Source: Centroscyllium fabricii
Taxonomy: Eukaryota
Length of the DNA: 64,000 bases
Assembly: GCA_051313645.2 (NCBI GenBank)
Contig: JBNRSN020000009.1
Location: 78,864,001-78,928,000 of the forward strand
Reading direction: 5' to 3'
Part shown: positions 24,781-37,275 of the stretch, piece by piece
How positions within the stretch are numbered: position 1 is the first letter of the stretch
Layout: the number at the start of each line of letters is the position of its first letter
The notes under the pieces: generated by a model
The model's input: the letters and a program-made list of their open reading frames with translations, nothing else
Database searches by the model: none
What the model was told of the DNA's origin: nothing
Made by a program: the position numbers and the translations under genes

Positions 24781-24922
24781 TTTACAGGTTCCCATGATTC
24801 TCGGTCAAAGCCCCTGTGAATCGACTGTGCAATAGATGACTCCATCAAGTCGACATATCTAACCACAAGAGGAGCGAAGACATCTTGAAGGTGTTTGTGG
24901 AATTTTCCATTCAACAGATTAT
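24781..24922 (-). CDS. CADPS: CADPS exon (Y)[46 protein letters not shown](K), MHD1 region
   Basis: ttttag|ATAATCTG...CCTGTAAA|gtaagg; 142 nt, phase 1-2. Confidence 0.96.
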
Positions 24923-24967
24923 CTAAAATTGAGAATTAAGAAACAGGTTTATTAAGTTGCATTATTA

Positions 24968-25375
24968 GGAACATAGAAACAGGAATAGGAGTAGGCAATT
25001 CAGCCCATCATGCCTGCTCTGCCATTCAGTTAGATCATGGCTGATGTGCGCCTCAACTCTATTTTCCTGCCTTTGCTCCATATCCCTCAACAAAAATCTA
25101 TCTCAGTCTTGAAAGCTACAATGTCCAAGATCCGCAGCCTTTTGGGAGAGAGTTTCTACCAGCCTTTGTGATTTCGCACCTGAAATGGCTTAGCTCTAAT
25201 TTTAAAATCACGTCTCCTTGTTCTTGATTCCCCCATTAGAGGAAAGTTGCTCCATATTTATCCTCTCAAACCCTTTTAACATTTTAAGCACCTTGATCAG
25301 ATCACTTCTCAAACTTCTCTACTCAAGGGAATAAAAGCCAAGTTTATGCCACCCGTGCTTATTATTTAACCCTCA
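24968..25375 (-). mobile_element. Old CR1 3' fragment
   Basis: ggaacatagaaacagg...cagcccatcatgcctgctctgccattc CR1 tail on the reverse strand. Confidence 0.75.
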
Positions 25376-25378
25376 TCA

Positions 25379-26612
25379 GGTCAGCTGTGGCTCAGTGGGT
25401 AGCACACTCGCCTCTGAGTCAGAAGGTTGTGGGTTCAAGTCCCACTCCAGGGACTTGAGCACATAAAGCTAGGCTGACACTCTCAGTACAGTACTGAGGG
25501 AGTGCTGCACTGTCGGAGGTGCCGTTTTTCAGATGAGATGTTAAACCGAGGCCCTGTCTGCCCTCTCAGGTGGATGTAAAAGATCCCATGGCACTATTTT
25601 GAAGAAGAGCAAGGGAGTTATCCCCGGTGTCCTGGCCAATATTTATCCCTCAACCAACATAACAAAAACAGATTGGCCCAGAAATTGCAGTGGAGCCTTC
25701 GTGCGGGTGCAGTACCTGCTTAACGCACTTTAATTGCCCATATTCAGTTTTGCTTTTTTGCACTGAGAAATTCCCGTTAGCCCAGCCTGTCAGAGCTCCG
25801 TGCGAGTTTCATGGGCATCTGAAGGGCGTAATTAGTGCGAGGTGACTTTTGAGACCACGTGATTGGCAGGGAGCCAATCAGTGGAAGCAATTCTCCGTTC
25901 AAAACTTCCACAGAGAAATCTGTGCAAGTTTTGAAAAGAGAGATTCCCAAAAGACATCTAAACACAAAAATAAATTTTTACAAACACCACATTTTTTAAA
26001 CATTACCCCAACTAACACAAATAACCTATTTTAAAGAAAAAATAAACATTTGCAGAAATTTTTTTCAACTTCCAACAGGTCTAAAAAAAATACTTACCTG
26101 TCTTTAAAGTTATCAACAATTAAAAACCTGAACAAACAACAATTAAAATCAATAAAATACACACTTACCAGATAAAAACGGGTGTTTACGACTCCTATTT
26201 TCCAGCGTTGAATTTTCTGCTCTTGGTCCGTAGAAAAACGTTAAAAAAATATCGGAAAGACTGGGTGATCCCGTAGTTCGCTGCTTCCTGCGCTGGACCT
26301 CGCAGGAAGCAGCGACCCCCCCGCTGGGCGGCACAGGAAAACCCGAAGTGTGCGCTCCGGCTGCTTCCAGCGGGTTTAAGCTCTGGTGCGCTCGCACCAG
26401 AGCTTAAACCCGATATGCGCAGACTGCAATTTCTGGGCCATTATCTGGTCATTATCACATTGCTGTTCGTGGGAGTTTGCTGTGAGCAAATTGGCTGCCG
26501 CATTTCCCACATTACAACAATAACTTCACTTCAAAAGTACTTCATTGGCTGTAAAGCACTTTGAGACGAAGGTGGTCGTGAAAGGCGCTATATAAATGCA
26601 ATTCTTTCTTTT
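25379..26612 (+). mobile_element. tRNA-headed Deu-domain SINE (SacSINE1-like) split by a MITE
   Basis: A box TGGCTCAGTGG, B box GGTTCAAGTCC, L2-like tail gcgctatataaatgcaattctttc; 25674 and 26440 rejoin cleanly. Confidence 0.85.
25675..26439. mobile_element. Harbinger-type MITE, perfect 17-bp TIR, TSD ATT
   Basis: att|ggcccagaaattgcagt ... actgcaatttctgggcc|att. Confidence 0.92.
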
Positions 26613-26754
26613 CTTATAGATAGATGTGTGATGCATCCCCTCTAAGGCCAGTTTGATAACAACATTAGGTAATACCTCTATGAAAAAGCTAATGGTAGAC
26701 AGGACATTTTTTGTAAACAGTTTACGATTATCAGCTGCTTATTATAAACACCAT

Positions 26755-27411
26755 GGGGCAGAAATTTGTCAGCACCCGGTTTTGGGTGAGAAGGCGGCAA
26801 TGTGGTTGCAGCACGCTCCTGAACTGAGAGGCCCAAGGCCAGCCTGAAATTGGACCTCAAGCATCTTGTAAATAATCTGGGTGAGTTGCAGCACCATTTG
26901 TACCTCCACAGGCAGCTTGCCTTTCTGTGGGAATGAACTCTGGCAGCAACCTCAGGTAAGTGCTGAGGGGGGGGGGTTTGGAAGGACAGTGCGGGGCGGT
27001 GGCGGGGGGGGAGCCGATTGCGGCCAACAGCAGTCAGGATGCTGTGGAACTGGCTGGAGCACTCCTGTTCCTCCTGGCTCCACAGTAAAATGTCAATTTT
27101 TGGGGGATTACCAGTTTGGTGGTGGCCACTTGCTAGGCCTCATCTATGCCAGGAAAACCTGAGTGGATCAGATGCAGCGACTGCTTTCTCAGAGTAGCCC
27201 AATTTCTCAAAAGGGTCTTGAAAAAAGCATTAGACTCCTCAACAGCTTATGCAAAGGGCCTAACCCCTGTTTTGGGTGGCTGCCTGAAAAATGTCCCCAC
27301 CCAATATCAGGTTGGACGTCTTTCAGTTGTCGTTGGGGCGCATGAAGTTGGTCTTCAAAATTAGCCCTTATTGTGCCGGTTCTATGCCTGTACAGGTCTA
27401 ATTTCTAGGCC
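26755..27411. mobile_element. Older Harbinger-type MITE
   Basis: ggggcagaaattt ... aatttctaggcc termini. Confidence 0.65.
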
Positions 27412-27601
27412 TATTACTCCACTGTGTACTCTATTAATCCCGTCTTACATTCTCAAACCCCATTACATGTGGACTGCTGGGGCTTAACAAAACTGATCAA
27501 GATTTATTGTAATAGAGACTTGAATTAATAAAGTTAAGAGCTAATCAAGAAAATAATGGTAAAACAGTATATGAAACTTTTTATTAAAAAGTGATACATA
27601 C

Positions 27602-27758
27602 AATCACTCCTCAGGAAATCATTGAGCAGCTGAAATAGTGGGAAGCTGTCCCAGGTGTCTGGGGCCTGTGTCTCCAGAGCAGTGTCCATGTCTACCGCAA
27701 ACAGTGACAGGAAGGTCTCTGCATGTTCAACCATCAAATCTGACCACCAAGCAAAGGC
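27602..27758 (-). CDS. CADPS: CADPS exon [52 protein letters not shown]
   Basis: caaag|GCCTTTGCT...AGTGATT|gtatgt; 157 nt, phase 0-1. Confidence 0.96.
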
Positions 27759-28559
27759 CTTTGAAGGACAAAGCCAGAGGAAAAAAAGAATGAATACAAA
27801 TAAAATCTCTCAACCACTTCATAAAGCTCTGTAGTAATCTGGATTGGGTCTAACTCTATAGGCTAGATGTTTATACTATGGAACCAAAGGAGTTATTGTA
27901 AAGAAACAAGCATCCTGATATGAGGCCTCAATAACAGAAGTATTCTAAATCTCTTTCTCAATCCAATTTGTTCCGATGGAGAAGTGAAGTAGAGTCTGTC
28001 TTCCCAAACTTTGTACAACATAGGACATTATAATCATTTGCAGTTTGAGCAACATATAGAGGTAAAATAATCCAAATTTTTGTTGTTCTCTTAACAATAA
28101 CTCACTGAAGTCATGCCATTTACCAGCTTACTACAAGACAATGCTTCTTTGGGTTGGTTGGCTATTTTTTAGTTCGCACTCCAAATATTCATGCAGCTAG
28201 GACTTGTGCATGCTTTCCAGCCTTTTAGGCAGGCTTCCAATGAGTTTTTGGGAGTTACATTCACATCCTGGGTTCCTGAGATGTGAATGTGTTTAAAATG
28301 CATGCATGTCTGTCGTGTATCTGTTGCTGGCTAGTAACATGCAACATGAGTGGCGCCAGCAGTGGAACTTTATACAATAATGCTGAGGCAGCGTAATGCC
28401 AGTCTCATTTTACATAGGTTGCTTTGTATTTTTTTTTACGGTCTGATATTAAATTAATTAACGTAACATTTTTCATAGCTGATCATAAATATGAAATTAT
28501 ATTTCAAATTTTGGTTGTTTGTTTAAAAAATAATTGTCGGAATTAATTTTATGCTCATT

Positions 28560-28900
28560 GTCTCTCCTTTTGCAGTCTTCTGAGATTGCTCACCCTGGAG
28601 TCTAGCTGGATGACAAGTGAGTGACTGTGCGCATTTCCATGGTCTCTGGTAATGTTGCTCCATGGTCAGGGAGTAGGGGGTTCTAAATCACAACCTGAAG
28701 TAGAACCTCTAACAAGTCTGTGGCTATCCTGTCACTTTGATACCTCACCTCTGCTCAGTGCTGTTGGCCAATGACCTAGCTAAGATTGGTAGATCAGCGT
28801 TTTCGTAAAACCCAAGTGGAAAAGGCAGCTAAGGCTGGGAATCAAACCTTGGTCTCCCAATTTGCGGCTTGGCAAACTGACAAAGGGCACCACGGGACCA
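28560..28900 (-). mobile_element. Decayed tRNA-headed SINE-like repeat
   Basis: Reverse-strand B-box-like ggtttgattcc near 28842-28852; 28677-28813 closely matches 32365-32499. Confidence 0.55.
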
Positions 28901-28924
28901 CCAGCTATCTGAAATAAACGAAAT

Positions 28925-29600
28925 AGCCCAGAATTGGCTGGAGTGGGGCATCTCGTGGTGTGCCCCGTTGGTTAGATTGTTTTCCTCGCCCTTCAGCTCG
29001 AAAATGTTTTGTGCTGCAAACTGTTGGATGTGCGAGCTGCTAACAATCAGCGGGGCGTCTGGGACAATGGGACCAGCAGGCTATCTGCTTAACGAATGAG
29101 ATTTAAGGATAGAGAAAGAAACAGAAGAGTGACGGAGAAGGAAATCGGGTGAATTAGAATCAAATTATAGAACAGAAAGAAAAATAGAAAGAAGGAACGA
29201 AAGGTTCGATTATTATATTATTAGTACAGGTACACAATCCTTTATCCGAAAACCTCGGGACTGGACGGTTCTCGGATTTCGGATAATTCCGGTTTTCGGA
29301 ATGGTCACATTAACATACGTTTTTCTGCAGTGAATCTTGTAAATATTCACAAAAGTGGGTCAGTCTGCTGCTCTTTTAGGCATTTTTCCAAAAAATAACG
29401 CCGCAAATTCGCAAAAATATCGGCGATCAGCGGTCAGATACTGACGCCTCTGACCTGCGTGGGTCACGTCGGTCGCGTTGGGTCATTTTTCGCGCGCAAC
29501 TTGGGTCATTTGAAATTTCGGTTTTTGGAGTCGCGGATAAAGGATTGTGTACCTGTATTAGCATTAAACTCGCCGTTATTTTCCCAGTAAATTCTGGGCC
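28925..29600. mobile_element. Harbinger-type MITE hosting a Tc1/pogo MITE
   Basis: gcccagaatt ... aattctgggcc termini. Confidence 0.65.
29227..29555. mobile_element. Tc1/mariner (pogo/Tigger-like) MITE, 22-bp perfect TIR, TA TSD
   Basis: ta|caggtacacaatcctttatccg ... cggataaaggattgtgtacctg|ta. Confidence 0.92.
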
Positions 29601-30195
29601 AATAGAATTGTCTTGGTTGTGACTGCAATAACCAAATATAACCAGTCACCTACATTTAATAGCAGCAATCGTCAAGATATTCCATTATGTAGCGTAATTA
29701 CATTTTATAAAGGGCATTTTACATTTTAAATTTGCTCGATCTTGTTTTAAACACAAGTCCAATTTTAGATCCCTCTCTATTTTGTCCTAAATGGTAGTCA
29801 AATCCATTCCAAGTTTGCAGACGACACAAAAATTGGTGGAGTGGTAAATAGCGAGGAGGGAAGCCTCAGTCTGCAGGACGATATAGGTGGGTTGGTCAGA
29901 TGTGCAGAGCAGTGTCAGATGGAATTTAATCATGAAAAGTGTGAGGTGATGCATTTTGGGAGGACTAACAAGGCAAGGGAATACACCATGAATGGTAAGA
30001 CCCTAAGAAAGACAGAGGATCAGAGGGACCTTGGTGTGCATGTACATAGATCCCTGAAGGCAGCAAGACAGGTAGATAAGGTGGTTAAAAAAGTATATGG
30101 GATACTTGCCTTCATTAGCCGAGGCATAGAATATAAGAGCAGTGAGGTTATGATGGAGCTGTACAAAGCGCTACTAAGGCCACAACTGGAATACT

Positions 30196-31020
30196 GGGGG
30201 GAATTTTCATGTCCCCGTGAGGCGGGGTTTTTGGCGGCCGGGCCGGCAAAATAGCGGAACCGGCGAGCCCCGCCCCACCCCGCCACTTTCTCATTTTCCC
30301 GCCCCCAGATTCCCCGCCCCGAAACCTTCCCGCCGCCGACCGGCGGGGATGGGTTGTCACCTCGTTAAGGGCCCTTAATTGGCATCTTTAATGCCATTTT
30401 AAGGGCCCTCAGCCATTTTGCGCTGTTTGCCGCCCTAACCCCGCCACCTTAAACCCCACTGGGTGAAACCCAGCGGGAGCACAGCGCTGGTTATAAATTT
30501 TGCACTATAACCTGGTGTTGTGTGAGTTCCTGAATGTATTACTTTCTCCTTTAAGGTCTGAAGGACATGCTGCCAAATGCTTGGCATGCCTCCAGCACCT
30601 TAGAGGAGTAAGTACCTCCATTCTGCCTTTAATATCAGCTGAGACCAGAAACTGAGCAATCTCAGTTCTCGCCATGGCCTGTCAGCTGCTGCAAGCTGTG
30701 AGTGATTCGGAGCCGGCCCGCCCACCTGTCAGTCACCAGCACTTGGCCTTTCCCATTGGCTCCACTCCATTGTGATGTCACAGTGGGGTGTTGCCATGGG
30801 AACTGACAACAACCAGTGCTGGAACTGTTAGTCAAAGTGCTCGCAGCTCCGCTGCAGCCCGACCCGATTCACCTAATTACCTGCCGCTGCCGCCGATGGG
30901 GATTTAACAACCTCATTAACCTAAAATTGCATGGGCTTCACAGCTGGTTGGGTGGGCAGGACCGGAAGCTGCCCCGACCAATCGCCGCCAGGTTCCTGCC
31001 CTTCCGAAAAAATTCCCCCC
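30196..31020. mobile_element. Harbinger-type non-autonomous element (family A), TSD ACT
   Basis: act|ggggggaatttt ... aaaattcccccc|act; splits the CR1 LEY/CVQ codons. Confidence 0.93.
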
Positions 31021-31409
31021 ACTGTGTGCAGTTCTGGTCGCCACACTATAGGAAGGATGTGATTGCTTTGGAGAGGGTGCAGAGGAGATTCACTAGAATG
31101 TTACCTGTGCTGGAGTGCTTCAGCTATGAAGAAAGACTAGACGGGCTGGGGTTGTTTTCCTTGGAGCAGAGAAGGCTGAGGGGGGACCTGATTGAGGTGT
31201 ACAAAATTATGAGGGGCATAGATAGGGTAGATAGAAAGGAACTTTTTCCTTAGTAGAGGGGTCAGTAACCAGGTGGCATAGTTTCAAGGTAAGCGGCAGG
31301 AGGTTTAGGGGGGATTTGAGGAAGAACTTTTTCACCCAGAGGGTGGTTGGAGTCTGGAACTCGCTGCCTGGATGGGTGGTGGAGGCAGGAATCCTCACAA
31401 CATTTAAGA

Positions 31410-31537
31410 GCCATGGTGTGGAGGTGCTGGTGTTGGACTGGGGTGGACAAATGTAAGAAGTCACACAACACTAGGTTATAGTCCAACAGTTTTATTTGAA
31501 ATCACAAGCTTTCGGAGCGCTGCTCCTTCATCAGGTG
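31410..31537 (-). mobile_element. Short Penelope terminal-repeat fragment inserted in CR1
   Basis: Interrupts CR1 catttaag...gcatttggatg; carries the hammerhead motif below. Confidence 0.8.
31503..31537 (-). ncRNA. Minimal type I hammerhead ribozyme motif (Penelope type)
   Basis: Reverse strand CAC-CTGATGA-A-GGAGC-agc-GCTCC-GAAA-GCTT-GTG: intact core, stem II, palindromic AAGCTT stem III, CAC/GTG stem I. Confidence 0.75.
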
Positions 31538-32209
31538 CATTTGGATGAGCACTTGAGATGCCATAACATACAAGGCTACGGACCAAGTGCTGAAAAATGG
31601 GATTAGAATAGAAAGGGGTTGATGGCCGGCACGGACACAATGGGCCGAAGGGCCTCTTTCTGTGCTGTATTACTCTTATGACTCTATGAGATCAATCCTG
31701 ATGTAGGCTAATTTATTTTACAATACCTGCTACACAGAAATGGTTAGCAAAGCCAGTTTTTCTCTTTGTACAGTTAGTAGTGGTGGAGCCAGTCCTGATA
31801 GATTCAAATTTGGTTAGCTGCAACTTTTTGTTGGACAAGACAAGCTCAGAGTGGGCATGAGGGGAGAAAACTTTACCCCAGAAAATGTTGGTATCTTCTA
31901 ACAGGAATGAATTAAGGCACTGGAATAGCTTTCTTTACATTGAGACAATAAACCCATTTACACCTTTCCAGTATCCTGTATGCATCCTTCAGTGCACTTT
32001 TTAAAAACAGAAAGTTTTAGCTTATCGAAAATACTTGTTCCATGGACTCTGATGCTCATGATATTTTAAAAGCCAAAGTTTTAAAAGTTAAATGTTTTTG
32101 AAGCATTAATAGAATTAGACCTACGGATGATTTCTGGAAATTAAAAAGCTGCAGCTAACCAGGTTCGCACAAGACAGAATAGAAGCATTAATTTATTTTT
32201 TCTTTTGTA

Positions 32210-32500
32210 TATTCTCCTCTCTCCTTTGTCCAGCCCCCGCGAGTGCATGTACTGCGGGTGGACAAGTGGTCTATTCCCAGCCCTTTGCCAGCTCTGTATA
32301 ATATCTGGTGGCTTATCCTCCGATCCTAGTTCCTTCTCTCACTCCCTGTGGGGAAACTCTGCTTGGGGTTCTAAATCACAATCTGAACTAGAACCTCTAA
32401 CAAGTCTCTGGCTATCCTGTCAGTTTGCTACCTCACCTCTGCTCAATGCTGTTGGCCAATGACCTAGCTAAGATTGGTATTTAGCGTTTTAGTAAAACCC
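32210..32500 (-). repeat. Second copy of the 28560-28900 repeat, head missing
   Basis: Shared ggggttctaaatcacaa...gacctagctaagattggta block. Confidence 0.7.
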
Positions 32501-33319
32501 GAGCCATCCTCTGACAGCACAGCCAATACCAGAAACTCAGCAGGTGGGCATTCACAGTCACAAACCTGCATCCCACCACTTTGTGACAGTATGTCCAAAC
32601 ACCAGCTCTGTGTATCATCTACAAGGGCTTTATGCTCCAAGGAATCCGAAAGATACAAAAAGCTACAATAGAATCTTTGAGTTACAGCCCTTGAAGTTCC
32701 TGACACTCTGATATAATGGGTACCTTGGGAGAAGGAACAGGTCAGATCTCATGTTATTTCAACATGTGTGCACTATTTGAACATTGCATGGGGCCCTGAG
32801 TTTCAAAACCAAAACTGTGATGTTTAAAATATAATAATTGTTTTTGGATTTTTTCTTGGGATGTGGGCAACACAGACAAAGCAGTGTTTATTGCCCATCT
32901 GTAGTTGCCCTAAAGGCATTAAAGTCAGCCATCTAGTGTTGGACTGCATTCACATGTAGACCAGAACAGTAGGGGTGGCAGGTTACATTCCCTGAAGGAC
33001 ATTAGTGAGCCAGTTGGGTTTTTAACAGCAGCTTTTGTGGTTATTTTCTGGTGCTAGCCCACAAATGACCAGATTTGTTGAATTCAATTTCATAATTTTT
33101 TATTATAAGTAACGCTGATATAAAAATAAAGGGTAGAATGAATTTACTATAGATGTGTGACTGTTTCAGGTACTTAAGCTGCGAGTCATACTGAAAATAA
33201 ATCACCATTGGGGAAGGTTTCCTATATGTCCCAGGTTGTAAACATACTATTTAATACTACACCTAACACACAAGGGAATCTTCCACAAGTGAAAAGTAAA
33301 TAATTTAATCCACAGAAAC

Positions 33320-33446
33320 AAAAGCAAAATACTGCAGATGTTGGAAATCTGAAATCAAAACAGAAAATACTGGGAACATGTCAGGCAGCATCTGTGGACA
33401 GAGAAACAGAGTTAACGATTCAGGTCGATGACCCTTCATCAGAACG
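33320..33446 (-). mobile_element. Penelope terminal fragment with damaged hammerhead
   Basis: aaagcaaaatactgcagatg...; reverse CTGATGA-AG-GGTC-atc-GACC-TGAAT (GAAA mutated). Confidence 0.75.
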
Positions 33447-34136
33447 CTGACTGACAACACTGAGATACAGGACTTTATCACTGCTAGATTTCACAGTCTG
33501 GGGAAGCGTTTAAGAAGTTTGGTGGTGGTGGTGGGCTTTACCTACATCAGAGATGCCATGCGGATTGCTCGCAAGCAGATCTTGAGTGACTTTGGCTGGA
33601 TTTAGTGCAGCACCCTGTCTGAATAGTCCAAACAGTGAAGATGGTGTGTTCCACAGTAATCTAGGCAGCGGCACGGGCCTTATTGAACCTGTGATTTTAT
33701 GTTGTGTGAGGATTTCTAGTTGGGATTATTAGCCAGGCTACAAAAAGTAGCCCTAGTCTCCTAAGAACTAGCTATTCATTCTCTCAGACTGTCAAATATT
33801 GCAGGCACGGTTGCCTGCTCCAGAGTGAAACCATCACAGTAGCTCTCCAGAAACAGGCAATATCCTGCATGATGATATTTTTATGGTTTGAAAAGGCCTG
33901 CACATTCATAAAGTGGAGCACCTTTCTGTTAATGTACACAGTGGAGTTGATATGTGCAGACCTCACATCACAAACAAAACACCAGACACTCTTAGCAAGC
34001 TTGTCGGGTGGTCAATAGGCTTTTCCAGCAAACATGGCATCAGTAACTTGTTTCCTAGAGGAATCAACTGTGTACTGGCATTTCCAGCATATGTCCCCTA
34101 TGGGGTTTTGGAAGAACCCTGTGACATAGAAGCTTA

Positions 34137-34935
34137 GGCCAAAAAATTGGCACTCTAACGCCGACCGATTAGCACCTGAAAATGGGCGCTAGAGGTTTTA
34201 GCGGCGGGCGCTAAAAATTTTGCGCTGCGCCCAAAATTCGGCAAGCGATTAGCGCCGGCGCTAACTGTTAGCGCGCGCTACTTGGCGCGCCTGAATCCTT
34301 GCTGATATCCTGGTGCGACGCCCGCTCCCGAAATTGACGAGCGGCCGCCTAACTGACGCCCAGCGCTGCCTGCCCCAGGTTTCACAAACGCAGCTGAGGT
34401 GATGTGGGGCCGCTGGGGCGTTCTTTAAAGGGACACACTTCCTCCCTTTCGTGCAGTGGCCATTTTGTGGGAGATCAGAGACAGACAGAGGGAGGTTAGG
34501 AGTGTTACACAGGGAGACAGAGGGAGGTGAGGGGAGATCAGAGAAAGACAGAGGGAGGCTAGGAGAGTTAGAGAGAGAGGCAGGTGAGGAGCGATACAGA
34601 GAGAGAGAGAGAGGGAGGTGAGTAGAGATACTGAGAGAGACAGAGGGAGGTGAGGAGACATCATATACTGTTTCCCCTCCACCTTCAAGAGCTGACCAGC
34701 GCTGGCGTGGCTGGAAAGCCCAGGAGTGGCAGATGGAGTGCTGCACCCGCGCTCGCCACTTAGCGCCTGAATATTGGCTGTTTGCACTTGTGCAACGCTT
34801 GATCTAGCGCTGCAATCTGCAAGGCCGGTGCTAAAGTGAATATCGGGGGCTCCAGCGCTAATTTGCGTCCGGCGCTAATTTTAGCACTGTGCCGAGGTTA
34901 GCGCCCCAGTCCGTGCGCTGACCAATTTTTCGGCC
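34137..34935. mobile_element. Harbinger-type MITE, TSD TTA, internal GA-rich minisatellite (34470-34660)
   Basis: tta|ggccaaaaaattgg ... ccaatttttcggcc|tta; many subterminal tagcgc motifs. Confidence 0.9.
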
Positions 34936-35595
34936 TTAATGTTTAACTGAATACTGATGTTTCAGGTTTTGTTCAGTTTTCTGCAAAACATAAAGGAGCA
35001 GCCAAGCTGATTTCAGGGAAAAACCCAGACTGTATGATTTGTTCAGCTACATGGAATACAGTTATTTTGATTGCAGAGGTGGGAAGAGGATTACAGCCAC
35101 TTAACTATCTGTTAACAGTTAAGAGGCTTTTTCCCATTTTTGAGCCTTCTGCTGCGGGCTTCCTGACGTCAGGAAACCCCACCAGGGTAAGTGAGGCATG
35201 ATGTGGGTCTGTTATGTTGGTGTACAGATGGCAGCTACAGGAGTGGTGTGAAGGGTGCAATGGGACACTGGTGAGTATCAGAGGGAAGGAAATGTTGGGA
35301 ACGTCATTGTTAATGTGTTTAGATTTTTCTGTAGGTGACAGGCTTTGAAGTGTTTGTGTGGCATCACCTCATTGGGAGAAGTGACAGATTGCTTCTGTAC
35401 CCTGACCTGCAGCTTCCATCTGTTTTATCCTACGAAGAGAGTCATTGGAGAGCCTGGGTGAAAGGGCTCACCGTTGCATATTGATTGTCAGTGTTTGACA
35501 GCACCTCAATGTTGTCAAACACTGTCAAATCATCTGTGAAAAATAAATGCTTCACGTTCCTTTAAGAAAACCGGCAGCTGACGCGTCATCAACTG

Positions 35596-36727
35596 ACTTG
35601 GACTTTCAAAAGGCTTTCGATTAGGTCCTGCATAAGGGATTAGTGTGTAAAATTAAGGCACATGGGATTGGGGGCAAGGTATTGACTTGGATAAAGAACT
35701 GGTTGGCAGACAGAAAGCAAAGAGTTGGAATAAACGGCTCTTTTTACGAGTGGCAGGCAGTGACTAGTGGGGTACCGCAGGGATCGGTCCTTGGACCCCA
35801 GCTATTCACAATATATATTAATGATCTGGACGAGGGAACTAGATGTAATATCTCCAAGTTTGCAGATGACACAAAGCTGGGTGAGCGTGTGTGCTGTGAG
35901 GAGGATGCCGAGAAACTGCAGTATGATTTGGACAGGTTGGGTGATTGGACAGAAACATGGCAGATGCAATATAATGTGGATATATGCGAGGTTATCCACT
36001 TTGGTGTCAAAAACAGGAAGGCAAATTATTATCTGAATAGCAATAGATTGGGAGAAGGGGAAGTGCAACGAGACCTGGGCGTCCTTGTATACCAGTCGCT
36101 GAAGGTAAGCATGAAGGTGCAGCAGGCGGTTAAGAAGGCAAATGGCATGTTGGCCTTCGTAGCGAGAGTGTTTGAGTACAGGAACAAGGATGTCTTGCTG
36201 CAGTTGTACAGGGCCTTGGTGAGACCACACCTTGAGTACTGTGTGCAGTTTTGGTTGTCTTATCTATGGACGGATGTTCTTGCCATGGAAGAAGTGCAGC
36301 GAAAATTCACCAGGCTGATACCTGGGATGGCAGGAATGACATATGAGGAGAGATTGGGTCGATTGGGCTTGTACTCGCTGGAGTTTAGAAGAATGAGGGG
36401 GGATCTCATTGAAACTTATAAATGTCTAACAGGACTGGACAGACTAGATGCAGGAAGGATGTTTCCGATGGTGGGGGAGTCCAGAACCAGGGGTCACAGT
36501 CTAAGGATAAGGGGTAAGCCATTCAGGACAGAGATGAGGAGGAATTTCTTCACCCAGAGAGTGGTGAACCTGTGGAATACTCTACCACAGAAGGCATAGA
36601 GGACAATTCATTAAATATATTCAAGAAAGAGTTGGATATATTTTTTAAGGCTAAAGGGATCAAGGGATATGGGGAGAAAGCAGGGACAGGGTACTGAATT
36701 TGAATGATCAGCCATGATCTCATTGAA
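35596..36727 (+). mobile_element. CR1 LINE RT fragment
   Basis: ORF 35643..36599 with SGVPQGSVLGP and SKFADDTK. Confidence 0.95.
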
Positions 36728-37275
36728 GGTTTACTAGATTGATTCCCGGGATGGCCGGACTGACATATCAAGAAAGACTGGATCAACTGAACTTGTACTC
36801 TCTGGAGTTCAGAAGAATGAGGGGGGATCTCATAGAAACGTTTAAAATCTTGGGTTTGGACAGGTTAGATGCGGGCAGAATGTTCACAATGTTGGGGAAG
36901 TCCAGAACCAGGTGGCACAGACTAAGGATAAGGGGTAAGCCATTTAGGACCGAGATGAGGAGAAACTTCTTCACCCAGAGAGTGGTGAACCTGTGGAATT
37001 CTCTGCCACAGAAAGTTGTTGAGGCCAGTTCACTAAATATATTCAAAAAGGAGTTAGATGTAATACTTACAACTTGAGGGATCAAGGGATATGGCGAGAA
37101 AGCAGGAATGGGGTACTGATGTAGCATGTTCAGCCATGAACGTGTTGAATGGCAGTGCAGGCTCGAGGGGCCGAATGGTCTACTCCTGCACCTATTTTCT
37201 ATGTATCTATGTATCTATGAATGGCGGAGCAGGCTCGCGGGGCCGAATGGCCTACTCCTGCACCTATTTTCTATG
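36728..37275 (+). mobile_element. Second CR1 3' fragment in tandem, with duplicated terminal unit
   Basis: ORF 36739..37077; gaatggc...tactcctgcacctattttctatg occurs twice (37147-37203, 37219-37274). Confidence 0.9.

Larger units (their letters stand above)
29808..31690 (+). mobile_element. CR1 LINE 3' portion with two nested insertions
   Basis: SKFADDTK at 29808; RPQLEY (30195) continues as CVQFWSPHY (31021 onward). Confidence 0.92.

Noticed and set aside
25379-25450. tRNA gene
   Set aside because: A and B boxes continue into a SINE body and L2-like tail.
35643-36599. 318-aa reverse transcriptase ORF as a novel RT system
   Set aside because: Ordinary truncated CR1 ORF2 lacking the endonuclease and N-terminal RT.
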